64,000 bases of DNA from Entomortierella parvispora E1425. Its lineage: Eukaryota; Fungi; Mortierellomycota. The stretch covers positions 1,302,001 to 1,366,000 of the forward strand of contig BQFW01000010.1 of the NCBI GenBank assembly GCA_020891255.1, read 5' to 3'. The notes under the pieces were generated by a model. The model saw only the letters and a list, made by a program, of their open reading frames with translations. It was not told where the DNA came from and did no database searches. The position numbers and the translations under genes are program-made. Shown piece by piece: positions 9,696-24,388 of this stretch; the first letter of the stretch is position 1; each line of letters begins with the position of its first letter.

Positions 9696-10606
9696 TATTT
9701 TATTTGTCCTCCGACCACGTTCACGTGCCCCGTGTTGTCATGTGTATTTAGCCTACCAAATTTCTAGGTTAACCGGAGTGACTGTTCATCGATACACATT
9801 TTATCATCATGATATCTGCAAGTCTAAAAGCACAATTAAAAAAAATGCATTTGTACTCAACGCCGCCCACCGATCGCCTACTGTACTGCAATCGCCACAG
9901 GATTATTGTTCGCTCCGTCAGACAGGAAGGTCATTCATGGTCAGGGTCAAACTATCACCGCTTTGCCCACTTCTGAAGGGTCTTTGAGAATGGCTGTTAG
10001 AGCATCCCAACGTTGGTCGCGTGGACAGGGAGCCAAAAGGGTATCTGGTCAATAAGCGTCACACTGGTGCCAAGCACCAGGATTACACAGACGGGGGTGG
10101 TAGAAAGAGATAAAGTGGGCGAGATGCTACAGCCCTTGGCTTATTTAGTCCTGTCCACCCTGCACAGGATCACCGACAAACTAAAAAAAAGCCCGGGGGT
10201 GGAGCGGAGCGTGCTGGTTGGCGGATCTAGCCTTCCCCAGGCTGTGGGACCACGGTTGCACGAAATCCCCCCAAAACGACGTGGCATCACATGACCTTCT
10301 GCGGCAGTCTGACTCTGACCAGACCCAGTCGCGCGAAAGTCCAAGTCTGGGCTGGCTGTGGAACAGGTGGAGAAAGGCAAGCGGCCGTTCGTTTTGCCAT
10401 CCCTTCACTTTTTTCTTTTTTTATATTCTTTCTGCTCTTCACTCTCCTTCTGCCCCCCACTCATTGTCTACTACAACACTCACTCACTCATCCACTCCCT
10501 TCCTTCCTTACTTGTACACTCCTCCTACATCATCCCTGACCTGTCCTTTTCTTCATTCGCTCCTTCTCGTCGTTCCATTCTCTCACGCACAAACTCTTAC
10601 CGAAAC

Positions 10607-13061
10607 ATGGGCCTGTTCTCAAAGCAAACTGCCATTGGCACTCAAATTGGTAACGGCCCGTCCCTTGCGCCCCTCCTCTCCCTCGACAGCAAATGTCCCC
10701 TTCTGTTCCCTGGCATACGTGCGTTGCCGTCCCTCTCTCTCTAACTGTCTCTTATTCTCATTTCTGCGCAGATGCCATCACGGGCCTGCCCGAAATCACA
10801 CAGTGGGACGCGGTCGTGGGTCTCTGCGATGCAGTCAATGCCAAAGACGACGGGTAAAGAGAAACACCGGTTTTGGAACCCGTGAGCCTGCCGGGTTACT
10901 GACTGGACAAGAACTGGCTTGCTTCGAGTCCAGTTAGCGACAGACAATCCGTCAGCCCACCACCCCAAGTCCAGGGTCTTGGGGTCTGAGCAACAGGGAA
11001 CAACAAATAATCGACGTGTACTAACATCCCTGCTCCCTCATTCATTTCCCCCCTTGCTCTCTCCTCCCCTCTGCTTTTCTCGGCCGGATTTGTCAATGGA
11101 AAAATATCCAGAGCAAAAGAGGCTGCCAAGGCTCTTCGCAAAAAACTTCGTATGGGACGACCCCAACAGCAAATGAATGCCATCAGTGTACGTCGACAGG
11201 AGATATATATTTATATATCCAGAGAAATGACTGCTGCATGAAATGACCCAAATGCTGCTTTGCTGCCTTGGCCCAGACTGACACGCTTGGACAAAAACAA
11301 ACCCCTGCACTTGCATATTTCTAGTTGATCCAAGCAATGGTCGATGGCTGTGGCTCAAAGTTCAAAGGCAAGTCTGACAGTGCAATGGTGGGCCAAAGAA
11401 TGCTCCGATGGCTAGAGCCAACAACTAACCGTCTGTCCACCTCTTCACCCTCCGCTCCCAACAGCCCAACTCGCCACCAGCAAGTTTACCGATGATATCC
11501 AGGCCGTGCTTGTCTCCGATGTATGAACCGAAGTTTGCATGAACCTGTTCAATCGTAACAAGAGTGTCTGGAAAACGACAAGTTTAATGGCTAATTTTCA
11601 ACGTGTTCTTGTACAACGTAGACAACCGACGTCAACGTCAAAATTCGCCTGATGGAGCGCCTGCAGTCCTGGGCTGACCAGTTTGCTTCGGATCCAGGTC
11701 TTGCTGCCATTCCCCAACTCTGCTACCATTTGATCAAGAGCAACACCCCTAGATCAGTAAGACCCTTTCCGTATTGCTGCGTTTCTGCGAATGTGGCTCT
11801 CAGACTATCACCGTTACTGATGTTGATGCTATCCATGTTTATAGCAACAACACAACATTCGTGCACCAGGTTCTTCCTCTCCACCACGTGCACCTATTAC
11901 CCCTGAACAGGTAGATGGTTAACACCTGGAGAGCACGCTGTGGACGATTGATGCTGCATGGGTAGGGTTACTCATCTTTGTTGTCCTCCTATTACTGTAG
12001 CAAATGAGACAAATGGCACAGGATATTGAAGTTGCCAGGAACAACGCCCACATGCTGATCGAAGCTGTTTCCTTTGCTGACCCTGAAATGGAAGCCATTG
12101 AGGAGAATGAGCTGATCAAGGTATGGGCACCTCTACAGAGTCTTAAGGACAGTGGACTTACCTATCAAGCCATGAGACAAGAGAATACTGATCAATCTGG
12201 ATGTTAATAGGAGTTCCACTCAAAGTGCACCACATTGCAGCGTGGCATCCAGCAGTACCTCTCGGAGATGACCGAGGCTGCTGCCCCGGACGAGCAGTGG
12301 TTGAGTAAGTGTCTTGGAGCGGGCATTTTTGAGTTACACTTAAAATTGGTGGCGACGAACTAAACCTTTTTTCCCCTACTTCTTTACTCCACGATTGGTG
12401 TTTCCTGTAGCTGCCCTCCTCGCCTGCAATCAGGAGCTTGTGCAGGCTTTCACTGCCTACAACCAAATGATGGAGCGCCAGCATCTCAACAGGGTCACCA
12501 AGGCATCTGAAATGGTCGATGTAGTCCCCCCTCACAGCCCAGAAGAACACTCTCCTAGCCGTCAACAAAGCCCCTCTGAGGACTTGATTTCGCTTGGCGC
12601 TGGTGTTGGTGGAGTTGAGGCTGCCGGAAACGGACATGCCCCTCACAGTGGGGCCTCCAATGGCAATGGGCTTGGAAACGGAAATGGAAAGGGTGTTGCT
12701 CATAACGGATCCTCAGCACAGCCTGATCCGTTTGCGGATGAGCCATACTATGTGACCGGTCCTGCAGATGTGAATGCAGCTGTAAAGATGGGGTATGTCT
12801 TTTTGTTTCATGATTCGGGGTAGCGTATTACACTCGAAGGATGATCCACTGACACCCATTCACCCATTCATTCACTCTAGAAAACGGGCGGATAACCAAG
12901 ACAAGATCTTTGACGCGTCAGCCTACTTTAGACAACAACAATTGGAGCAGGAACAACTTGAGCATTTGAAGCAGCAGCAGCGTCAATTGCATGAGGAAAG
13001 TCTTGGTGGCTCCAGTCAGCCAGCAGCGACAGGTTCTGTGCCAGCGACGACGTTGCCTTGA
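10607..13061 (+). CDS. VHS + GAT domain endocytic adaptor (Lsb5/Tom1-like), multi-exon
   Basis: Exons encode MGLFSKQTAIGTQI, WDAVVGLCDAVN, AKEAAKALRKKL, LMERLQSWADQF, QDIEVARNNAHMLIEAVSFADP and ALLACNQELVQAFTAY (GAT-like). Confidence 0.75.
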
Positions 13062-13862
13062 AGCAAGAAAGCGAAAGGATCAACATGACTGCGTTGCAAT
13101 TACCAGCGATAATACCTCACTTTTTATTTTACATACCTCAAAGTTGCTAGCCTGCACTCAACAAAACCCCCTTGGTGTCCTTCCCACAATTCGTGACATT
13201 AAGAATAATATCCTTTGAAGAATAAAAAAAAATCTTTGCAAACAGGTTAAAATGACCTTCCAGCCCGCTGTAGGGAATATACGTCGTTTGCGCTCGAATT
13301 GATGTTACACAGGGCTATGTGATGGGAACGACCGGGTACACACGACAGGCCCAAGATGTGACGACAGTTGAAGCCAATAAGCATGGGTGAGGCGGTCGGG
13401 GACCTGCAGGGCAAGGGCAGGACATGGCATCAAACTTTGACTTGGTTTGATTGAATAACCAGTTTCTAGCGCGCTAGTCGTCCCCGAGGCAAACAACAGG
13501 CCGTTCAATCGAGCTAACCTTGGCCGCAAAGACCTAAAATGTACCGAACTCCGCCCAAGTCGAGCGGGCAGCGGACGACTTCAATTGCTTGGCTGGCACT
13601 GCTGATCAGATAGCCATCCACCAGGAAATCAATTCAGGGCCAGAGAGACGAAACCTGAATCTCTGTTTTTTTTTTGTACCTCTTCCTTCCTCTTCTCTCT
13701 CCCTTTCTCTCCTCTATCTCCTCTCCTTCTCCCCTACTCCTTCCCCTTTGTCCCTCTTTCGGTTGTTGCATTGCTCATTCCGACATTTGCTTTCGTTTGC
13801 ATTCCTTCCTTCTTTCGCCTCTCTTCCTTCACGCTTGACCACGTCGACCCCTGCAACACACT

Positions 13863-14236
13863 ATGGAGAACAGTGAAATGGGCCGCCCGGCCGACTACAA
13901 CGAAGACGAAGCTCGTCTTGCCAAGGTACGACCCGCCTTGTTTACAAACTATCTTTTTGCTCATGGACAAGCTCCATTGTGAATGGGTGAATGGTCCTCA
14001 TGTTGCACACCAACTTAACGCACTGACACTCTTTTTCTTTGTCTGTTTTGCGACCCCCATTCCCCCTCCAGCTCGGCTACAAGCAAAACATGAAGTATGT
14101 GTGTAGATCGGGCAAAAAATGCGACATGTCGTGCAGGAAGCACGCTCACTGTGATCAAAAAAGAAAGCATCCGTCCACCGTTCACTCACCAGGTTGCTGC
14201 AAGGGTCGTCCGTCGTTCCTTCTTTATTTGCTCTCT

Positions 14237-14270
<34 letters not shown>

Positions 14271-16022
14271 TTCGCTAATAGACGCCAGTTTTCTGGACTT
14301 CAGAACTTTGGATTCACTTTGACGAATGCTTCGGTGCTGATCGGTATCATTCCTCTCTTTGGATTCGGAATGGCTACCGGAGGTCCTGTCGTGGCTGTCT
14401 GGGGTTGGGTCCTGGTGGCCTTCTTTGTCAGTTTTATCGGTTTGGGCATGGCCGAAATTTGCAGTACTTTCCCAACGGCTGGATCTTTGTACTTTTGGAC
14501 AGCAAGATTGGTGAGTGTTGGTCCTACCGAGGGCGTCCATGTGGTGCTATAGGACCAAAAGAGAAAAAAAAATTACAAACAGGTGTTTACTTGGTGCTCA
14601 GAGTTGAAACGGTACAAGGTCTAACTGTTGTTTTCTCTCCCCTCGAATTACAGGGAGGACCGAAATGGGGACCCATGTTCTCGTGGTTTGAGGCCTGGTT
14701 CAACTTGCTGGGACAAGTCGCTGGAAGTTCTGGATCGGTTTTGTCAGCCGCCACGTTCGTCAATACTCTTATTGCGGTCTGGCAGGAAGACTATATTCCC
14801 ACCGGCAAAAAGAACTTTTACATCATGGCGGTTTTGATGGTAGCCTCGGGCGCTGTCAACACTGCGGGAGGACGGGCTTTGAAGCTGGCTTCATTGGTCT
14901 CGGTCTTTGTCCACGTTGTCGGCACGATCGCCATCATTGTCGTGGTTCTCGTCGGTGCCCCTAAACTGCAGTCGGCCAAGTTTGTTTTCACGGACTTTGA
15001 GGATTACACTGGATACACCACCAATTCAAACGCCAGCCCGGTCCTTGTGTTCATGTTGGGTCTTTTGCAGTCTCAATGGTCCATGCTGGGTTATGATGCG
15101 TAAGTGGAGAAGGACCAGTGCTGTGCTTTTAATCTCCCTTTTTTTTTATTTGGCTGATCAATTGACCCGTCGATTTTCACTCCCTCTCCACAGATCTGCT
15201 CACATGTCAGAGGAAACTGAGCGCTCGTATGTGAATGGCCCTCGTGGCATTATGATGTCCATCCTGGCCTCTGCTTTGATCGGTCTCGGTCTGGCCTTGG
15301 CCCTGTCTTTTGGAATCCAGGATTATGAGGCGACCCTAAACAGTCCTATTGGAGCTGCTCCTCAGATCTTTATCGACTGTGCCGGCAAGGTGGGCGGAAG
15401 TATCCTGATCGCCATTGTCATCTTTGCAGGATTCTTGTGCGGTATCGCCACCGTGGCCGCCAACTCTCGTATGCTCTACGCTTTCGCTCGCGATGGGGGT
15501 CTTCCCTACTCGCGTGTGTGGACAGTTTTGGACAAGAGAACCCAGATGCCCATCCGTCTGGTCTGGCTTTCAGTGTTGGGCACTATCATCTTGGCGCTGC
15601 CAGCTCTTGGATCTGCTGCAGCATTGAGTGCCATCTCTGGTATCTCTGTGATTGGATTCTTGATCTCGTATGCCATCCCCATCTTGCTCCGTATCACGGT
15701 GGGTGCAGACACCTTTGTTCAGAACGAGTTTAACCTGGGGCGGTGGTCCAAGCCTATAGGATGGGTGGCCTGCATCTGGACTGTGTTTGTGTTCATCATC
15801 TTCAACTTGCCGCAGACCTGGCCTGTGAAGGAGATGGACAAGTTCAACTTTACGCCTGCAGCCGTGGGCTTCCTGATCATCTTTACAACAGTGACTTGGT
15901 TCTGTTCGGCCCAGTACTGGTTCAAGGGTCCCGTCTCGGAGATTGCGCTCAAGGAGTTGGACGGCGAGGGGACCTTGAAGGGAGATGACGATGGTGTTCA
16001 GAAAGGATCGATCCATAGCTAG
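13863..16022 (+). CDS. APC-family amino acid/GABA/polyamine permease (Uga4/Hnm1-like), multi-exon
   Basis: LGYKQ, GGPVVAVWGW, AEICSTFPTAGSLYFW, GYDASAHMSEETE and SRMLYAFARDGGLP motifs; many TM segments. Confidence 0.9.
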
Positions 16023-16500
16023 AGCATCTTTCAACTTATTCTATTACAACTTGTACATTAATACCATATTCGCCCGGAACAGCCGATTATCCGAAGGAAC
16101 GTTATCTATATCATGAGGGGAGGGTGGAGAGGAGAGGAGAGTGGAAAAGGGAGAGACGGGCGCCGCAGATCTGCGTTGCCCTGACAGCAAAGTACGTCAT
16201 TTTGGGAGCAGTTCTGTGGAACGTACCCACTCCTGGCCCCCCAACCTTCAAACCCAACGCGCAAATATAAAAAGGGGAAGAGGTACCGCAGCACAGGAGC
16301 AACATCAACTCTCTTTCATTCGCGCTTGTGCATTCATTCCACTCTCTCTCTTTCTCTCCACTCCTCTCCTCTCCTCTCTCTCTCTCTCTCTCTCTCACTC
16401 GCTCTTCAACCACGCATTCCTGTTTTCACCAACTCGTATTTCCGTTGTACAGATTTCGTCAGCCGTTAGAATCTCTTCAATCTTTAGCACCCCATCTCAC

Positions 16501-17357
16501 ATGATGACAAGAAACGATCAGGACAATGACAAGACGGTCGACGGCCGGTCTTCTCTCGACATCAACGTCCCCTCTGGACAGGAAGCACTCGGCAAGAGCA
16601 TCGATCGAACCATCACCCCCAACCATGAACCTCGCGTCTTTTTCTTTGATATCGACAACTGCCTCTATCCCAAGGACTCTGGGATTCCAGGCTTGATGCG
16701 TGCCAGGTAAAGCAGAACAGGAACTACCTGTCGGTGGATCAAAAAAAGGGCCTCGAGTTCACCTCCAAAGGCGGGGAAAGAGTGAGAGAGAAATGCTCTC
16801 ATTGCAAAAGACCAATGATCGCTGTTGCATCAGATTGTGGCGCCCCAGTTTGAAAAATACGGGATGATCTACGTTCTCTCTCCCCCTGGTCCTCTTCCCC
16901 CCTTTTTTCCCACCAATGACTCATATTTTTCTGTGTCTGGTTACCAACCTTCTTAATTTTTTTTTTTTTTTTCATTCCGCCCTAGCATCGAACAATACTT
17001 CCGCGACGTCGGCATCGAAAGCAGCCAAGGTATGTTCGATAGAACTGCGCATAAGGGAACAAGGGAATTGAAGAAGGACCTCCTGAACATTGTCCACCGA
17101 GACATGCCTCTTGGGCGATCACCTGCAGGAAAAATTTCGCCCAGAGCAAAAAACAAAAGCTAAATCGAATGCTGATCCACTCCTTCTTTTTTGATAGTCG
17201 TGATGCTCGCCCAGCGCTACTACGTCGATTATGGTCTTGCTATTCGAGGATTGCGTATTCACCACCCTCGTAAGTGTGTCTCTAGAACTTCAGAGTCGCG
17301 CAATGACCGGTCGTCGCTCAATTGCTCGCCAAAAAAGAGAGTACTGACGCTCAGAAC

Positions 17358-17388
<31 letters not shown>

Positions 17389-18288
17389 TTATGATGTCAT
17401 ATTATAGAGGTATATATGAATCTGGATGAATGTCAAACAAGGATGTGCTTCGCAGGACAAACTTTGGATCAGGAAAACTAACATTTTTCATTCATTCTCG
17501 TGTCCGTTGTTTCTCGTGCTTTCAGGTCGATATCAGGGACTATGGTAAGGACTGAGCCGATCTGTTCTACTTGTATATTATACGAGTTTTGAAGCGGGGT
17601 TTATCGTGGCGTACTCACATACGTTACTTTGTCTGCGATCTGTAGATGACAAGGTCGATGGCGCCCTGGATTTAGAACATATCTTGGAGCCCAACCCTGC
17701 TCTCCGTGAGATAATCCGGACAATGAAGATCGAAAAGAAGTGGCTCTTCACTAACGCTGGAAAGAACGTATGTACCTCTTTTTTCTTTTTTGTTGTTGTT
17801 TTCTGAGTACATTCGTTCCTTTTGTAAGCGATGTTGTTATTCTGACAATATTTCTTTTTTTCTTGAAAAAAAAGCATGCTCTGCGCGTCATCAAAGTGCT
17901 AGGATTAGAGGGCCTGTTTGATGGACTGACATACTGCGACTACTTGGAGCCCAACTTCCCCTGTAAACCAGAACCTGAGTCGTTCCGTCGGGCCATGAGG
18001 GATGCCGGTGTTGTGCACCCTTCCAACTGCTACTTTGTGGACGACTCTGCTGCCAATGTGGACAAGGCGATGGATATCGGGTGGACCGCCGTCCATGTGG
18101 CAGACGACCCCGTGGTATCCAACTTTGGACACTTTCAGATTGACAACGTCATTGACCTGCCAAAGGTATTGCCAGAGTTCTGGGACGAGCGCTCTTACTC
18201 GCCTTTGGCCTCGAATGAGGTCCTGACGAACGGAAACAAGACGATCGAGGTCAAGTCACCCAAACCAGCACCTGCCGCCTTGCCATAG
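16501..18288 (+). CDS. HAD-family pyrimidine 5'-nucleotidase (Sdt1/Phm8-like), multi-exon
   Basis: FFFDIDNCLYP (HAD motif I), WLFTNAG, CKPEPESF and YFVDDSAANV motifs. Confidence 0.9.
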
Positions 18289-18747
18289 ATACAGTGCTTG
18301 GATTGCGGGCATACAGATAGACGCGGATGCAAAACAGAAGCAGGAAAACCAACCAACCAGCCCCCCATATCATCGCCAGATCGTGATTGAGGGCTCAGGA
18401 CCTCTCAGCGACAGATGTAGCCCTGTTGATGAATAAATCCAGGGACCTTTCTCATGTTCAGGCACTCAAGTCTATTTTTTTGTCTTTTATTCAAACATCC
18501 GCAATAAAAGCTATATCCAACCGAATGGATTACTGAAATTGTAGCTAGCGCTAGTTGAATCAATGCAGTTGAAAGGGATGCTGTTGCAGAAATCCACAAA
18601 ATCCTGGACCCGTTCTCCTCTTCAACTCGCCCTGCGTCGTCCACAGTTTTCCAAGTCCAAGTCGTTCTCGTGTTGGGATTTGACCTTGAGTGCGCCTAGC
18701 ATGGTATCTTTGATTAAACCAGACGACCATAACCCGCGAATCGCCAC

Positions 18748-18781
<34 letters not shown>

Positions 18782-19015
18782 CACACGTGACCGATCTGGG
18801 CTTTGCTCCTGCTCCCCATGTGTCCCCCTTGTCGTCGTCCCCTTTCCTCCCCTTGTTCCCCACACACAAACACTCCATTCACAGACACACCCACCCCGCT
18901 CATTCATCATTGCCTGTGCTGGGCGCACTCTCCTTCTCTCCTTGTCTCCACTCAAGGTCCCTTGCAGTCGACCCCCTTCTCTTTCTCTTTGTCTGCATCA
19001 CCTCTTCACTCTCCC

Positions 19016-19667
19016 ATGAAGATTAGGAGGATTCGGGAGAGCTGTCTGAAGGCACTCTCGTGGCTACCTGTCGGCATCTGTAACGTCCTTTTTTTGAGAG
19101 CCTTTTTTTTTTGGTTTTTTTTTTTTTTTTTCTTTTTTGATGTCGTGTCATGCCATGTCTTTGTTCGAACCAGTAGGTCGAATGCATCCACAGTACAACT
19201 GACAGACTGTTGTTTCTCCTAATAGGTCTTGCTCTCGTAGGGTGGAGCTATCTGGTCTTTGTGTTCTCAGTATGCAGATATTTGCTAACACACGACCATG
19301 TCTTTCAAGGTAAGAAGACAGTGGCGATCAGAACAGACGGGCGGGTCGAGACAGCAACTGAATGCGGTCTTTTGTTGAAAGGAGATGGAGTGTGGGAGAG
19401 AAAGACGTAAAGAAAAGCACGCGATACGAATGGTATTACCAGAACATTGACCATGTTTCTTTTTTTTCTTTCTTTTCGACTAGGTGTTTTCTACCTGGGC
19501 ATGATGACTACGATTGTGGTGCTTCTCCTTTGGAGTTACTCGTTGGCGACGTTTTTGTCCCCTGGATATCCTTCTGAGGCAAGCTTGCGTACTTTGTGAT
19601 GTGATGCTGACTGAGGACACGATTTTGTCTTTTTCGTTTTTCTTTTCCAGCGTGCAGTAACGGCTGA

Positions 19668-19701
<34 letters not shown>

Positions 19702-21976
19702 TTGATGCCGTTTGTTGATGCCATTTGTTGACTAGATTCTCAAAAAATACACAGGATACAACAGCGCAGACCATGGCGATATCACAATGCTGGATCAGGA
19801 GGATTCGGCTCGCGTGGGCTTACTGGAACCTGAACAGTTTTATCTCTCGCCCTCACCCAGCGCCAATAACTCGCCCCTTATGAAAAATGGACGGAAAGTT
19901 GTGCACAGGGATCGACACCATCATCCTCTGGGACCCAGTCCCGGATCCCCTGATGAAGCAGATCTTGGTGACCCTCATCAGCAACGACCTCACTCGCCCT
20001 TCGTTCCTTCTGGCGGACAAAATCAGCAAAGCGATTCATGGTCGCAGCAAACATACCCGGTCTCTCAAGAGCCATCAACACCTTCTCCGTTCTCCAATGG
20101 CAAAAAGGCATCCTTTTTTTCTCCCGAACCGTCGTTTGAGCCTGCGGGACAGGGTCGGGATCAGAGGGCTGCCCATACTACGGTCCGGATACCGGATGAT
20201 AGTTTGGATGGACAAACTATCGTCGAAAACGATGGCGTTTTGTCCGAGAGTCGCCATCGATTCAGGGGAGGGGACCATGACTATGAGGACGATCAGGAGG
20301 ATAATCGGCCGCTTGGACTGTCTGGCCAGAGATTCACAGTCAAGAGAGATGGCAAGATGCGGTACTGCCAAAAGTGCAAGTAAGGCAGAAGACGAGCAAG
20401 CGGGGTCTTTGCTCTTTTTTATGTCTTCATTTCTATACTGTATATTCTGACTATCAACTGCATTGTGTAGATTCGAGAAACCTGACAGGACACATCATTG
20501 GTACAGTCAAGACTTTTGATTATGATGTCTCTCTACATGTTTTCTCTCCTATATCTCAACTAATCGATCGGACAAAATTACAAATGGCCAATATAGCTCG
20601 TCTTGTAAACGATGCGTACTGAAGATGGACCAGTAAGTTGAACCTGTAGCTTGTCTTTGCTGAGCCAAGAGATTGGGTGTGCCGATTGACCCAAGTTTTT
20701 CTTATTTCCCTATAGTCACTGCCCATGGCTGAACAATTGTGTCGGCCACAACAACTACAAAGCATTCTATGTAAGCACATCTGCGAATCGTCTCAGTGGA
20801 CACTTTTGCCTATCACGGAAATTGAAATTCTAATAACCATCTTGCGCCAATTAGTTGTTTGTGTTCTGGACTGCAGTCTACTGCGTAGTCATGGTCGCCT
20901 GTACGATACCGGTCGTGGCTGAAGTTATCAATGGGCCTTATGTAAGTGGACTTTGGTCTGTGCTCTCGCTATTGATGTGCCTCTTTGCCAAACGCTAACC
21001 CCACACCATTTTAAATAATGGTTAGAATGAGAATGTATTCGATGCGCAATGGATTTTCATGATTTTTATGGGTATTATCTTTGGCTTGTGCCTGGTCCCA
21101 TTTGCTATCCACCATACATTGCTCATCAAATCCAACAAGACGACGATCGAGAGTTTTGAAAAGCACAAGTATCGCATGGGATCTAGCGGCGAAGTCATGC
21201 AAAGTCGAGTCCTCAACGTTTTTGATCTTGGAAAGAAGTAAGTGCTCCTCATCCCCCGTCGCAGCTTTTGTCAGGACCTAGCGAGCTTTATTCAAACCAG
21301 CTTTCAAAATTCTAGGAAAAATTTTATTCAAGTTCTTGGACCTGTCTGGTACCTCTGGCTCATTCCAGTTCGCAATTCTGTCGGTAATGGATGGTCATTT
21401 CCTGCAAACGACTATGGCAAGAGCATGCTTCAAGGTGATGGCGACGATGGCTCCTCTCACTTCCATCGCCGAGGCGTGGCACCTTCCATAGCGTCTTCTT
21501 TCCGTCCCTTGGATCACAGCAATAGTAGTGAAGAGCACCATCGACTTCAAACCCAGCATCCTTACCCTCGACAACACCAGCAACATCAGCAGCAGCAGCA
21601 GCAGTATCATCAATACCCACAACACGACCTGTCTGCCTATGGGGATCGCTTTGACTTGACCACAGATTCAGATCCTCAGTCTCAGGGTCACTATCGACAA
21701 GATTTGACATACGATCTAGAGAACCATGTCCGTCCAGATAGTGATGCTGACAGCGACAATGATGGCCCCTTTGGACGCTCCAATCGATTCCCTGCCCCCA
21801 CGCCCAGACGATTCCGCCAATACCGTCCTGGATTTGCGCCTTCGAACGCGCCTTTTGGGCAAAAAGGTCGCCAGGTCCAAGACTCGGACGATGAGGATGA
21901 TGATGAAGATGAGAGGGATGTTGAACAGGAGGAATATGTCTACGATAGTGATGAGATGGGTCATACTATAGCGTGA
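19016..21976 (+). CDS. DHHC palmitoyltransferase (Pfa3-like), multi-exon
   Basis: RYCQKCK..KPDRTHH..CKRCVLKMDH|HCPWLNNCVGHNNYKAF across introns; C-terminal NKTTIE motif and FDLG..NFIQVLG. Confidence 0.9.
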
Positions 21977-22599
21977 TATCATAATAAACATTAATATACT
22001 GATGACAGTCTACTTCAGCGTTGATGGTGACACTCATGGAGGCATGTTCCTTGTGAGATTGAGTAGACTGAGCTGTGAGCGATGGAGAAACCCCGATAAT
22101 GGAAACCTGTCAGGCACGGAAGGAGTCCAACACGGGCTTTCCACGCCGCGAGCCCCTAGACGAAAAGGGCGGGACATTTATTGAGTTCGACACTTTTCAA
22201 CAAAGAACGCTTGAAATGTCTCCTCTCCTCTTCCTTCCACGGTGTTTATGATATGGCAATATTCTGATCTTTCAAATGAACTCTGGAAAAGCCAGCGGTG
22301 AGGATGGTCGAGTGGAGGGAGGGTCAAGACCCTCCCTTTCTAACACCGTCTCCCGTTTGTACACGGACTTTTTTTGATCTGGCAGACAGCAGTGCTTTTC
22401 CTCCGACGACCACTTCCTATGTCGTTTGTTTCGCCCTTCATCATCCTTTGGACTGTTCTAAAAGCTGGAAGCAATGTAAGGAGGTCTCCATCGCCAGTAT
22501 GATTTACTCCTCCGTGGACAATCAGTCTTCCCGTTGGCTGAACAGGTTATAGTGGAGCGACAGTTCCTATTCTTTTTTTTCTCCTCCCATAGCTTGTCG

Positions 22600-24388
22600 A
22601 CTGGTATCTACTCCTCCATCTTGTCGATTTGGTGTTTGCCGTGGCCAGGGTTCTAACACTAGGTCCAAGAAACATGGGGCTTCGTGTTCGGCTTGAACGA
22701 CGCCTCTTGCTGTCACTTCCAGCAAGCAGTTATTCGGTAGGGCTCATCTCGTACCGTACTTCGTATGGAGAGATGAGGGCATTCGCATCTATGATATGGG
22801 ATGGAAAACAGTTAGTTACTGGCGAATGGGTGCAGGGGAAGGCTATCTTTTTCCGTGAGGATTCTCGTCCGGCCAGAAAGTACGCTCTGTTCTAAAACAG
22901 GGCCTACAGGGGAATTGAAAACAGGAATCGAGGACTTGTCTCTAGAGTGAATACATACTAGCCATGGAAAGGGGAGGAGGAGGAGAGTCAATCGCTCCAC
23001 AACATCGCGGATATAATATGCTAGCTTAGCCGAGTCGACCCATCCATATTCTAGGGCTGTTCCTCGGCTTTTGGTCATTGTTGAATGGACGACTCTTGTT
23101 ATCGCATCAAGCCGACGCTTCTCATGAATTCCCAGCTATCATCCTTGATTTGTCAAGAACTGACCGAGTTCGCACATATTTCTATATAGTTCTGTGGCTC
23201 CCTTCTTCTGCCATGCGTGGGTCTACCATCAGATAAATATAACAACAACAACAAAAAAAAAAGATGTATGTGAATTTTGATGTACCAGCTGAGGAAGTGT
23301 ACTGACAGAGGACGAGCCAAGACAAGCACTTACAGGTTGCATCGAAAAATGGACCATTTGACAGCAACGGTCTTTTTGAGTACAGCCGTAGGCGAGATAT
23401 TTTCTTCGATGTCCCGAATGTGACGAATGGGTCGAGGCTGGTACCGACGTCGTGGTAACGGTTGGACTTGCCACACTAGAAGCACTATTGGATCCACTAA
23501 CACGGGATCTTCAAGTTGGATGCCAGACCTGGCAGTTGGACATTTCTTTTGATACTTGAGGTCCACGACGACAGAACATGTCCATGGGGCTTCTGGACTT
23601 GACGTTCTTCCACTGGGAAGATGCCCGGGTGGTTATTTGCCGAGAGTCGTCAGTCGGTTATAGTGGATAGTTGAGAAGCTGCATTGAGCACTCTGTAAAT
23701 AAACCCTTGCGATCTTCAAAATCGCAGTGGACATCTTTGCTTTGACGGATTGTTGGCGAGTTTGTTGACCAAGTCTAGCAAGAGTTGAGTTGGAGTTCGC
23801 TAATCGAATATCGCAGTGCCACTGCCACCATCCCTTGCTTCAGCTCACTCGGACATTGAGCTCCCAGGATCTAATCCACTTGGCATGGAGCATTAAAGGG
23901 TTTGGATCACGACCCAGGCTCGGACCGATCGTAAAGCTCTTTGGATGCTGTGGACTCAATGCCAGAATCTTGGGCAGGATTGCGTGACACCAAGCACCTT
24001 GAAAACTCAGGAACAATGCTTTTTTTTTCCCTTCAAGGCGCTGTCGATAACTACCACAAACGTTCTTCACCAGTCGAAGAAGCTGGTTTCTGGTTGGCTC
24101 TGGGTTTCTGACTGCCGTTGTCTGCTGGTGCGCTTGCTTCTGAGCAACACGAACAAAAAAAAAGTTGTTGGTATGATTGTTGTGATGTTGAAATGCAAAC
24201 TCGAAATGAATCCAGGTACCAAGAAAGAGTATACCGTTTCTGTGTCAATTAGTTGACCTAGTGTATTTGTCCAAAAGCAGACTGGAACCGGTCATTGCTA
24301 CCTTGAGGGCTGTGGGGATGATGGGGAGGGAGGAGGAAGGGAGGGAAATGCGAATAGGCGCCTGCAGGCCGCTAGCAGCCGACATCAG
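22600..24388 (-). CDS. Hypothetical multi-exon gene, possibly degenerate
   Basis: The first three exons splice in phase (..PTALK|KQAHQ..KNVC|GAWCHAILPK..). Later exons could not be joined without stops and there is no recognisable domain. Coordinates are approximate. Confidence 0.25.
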
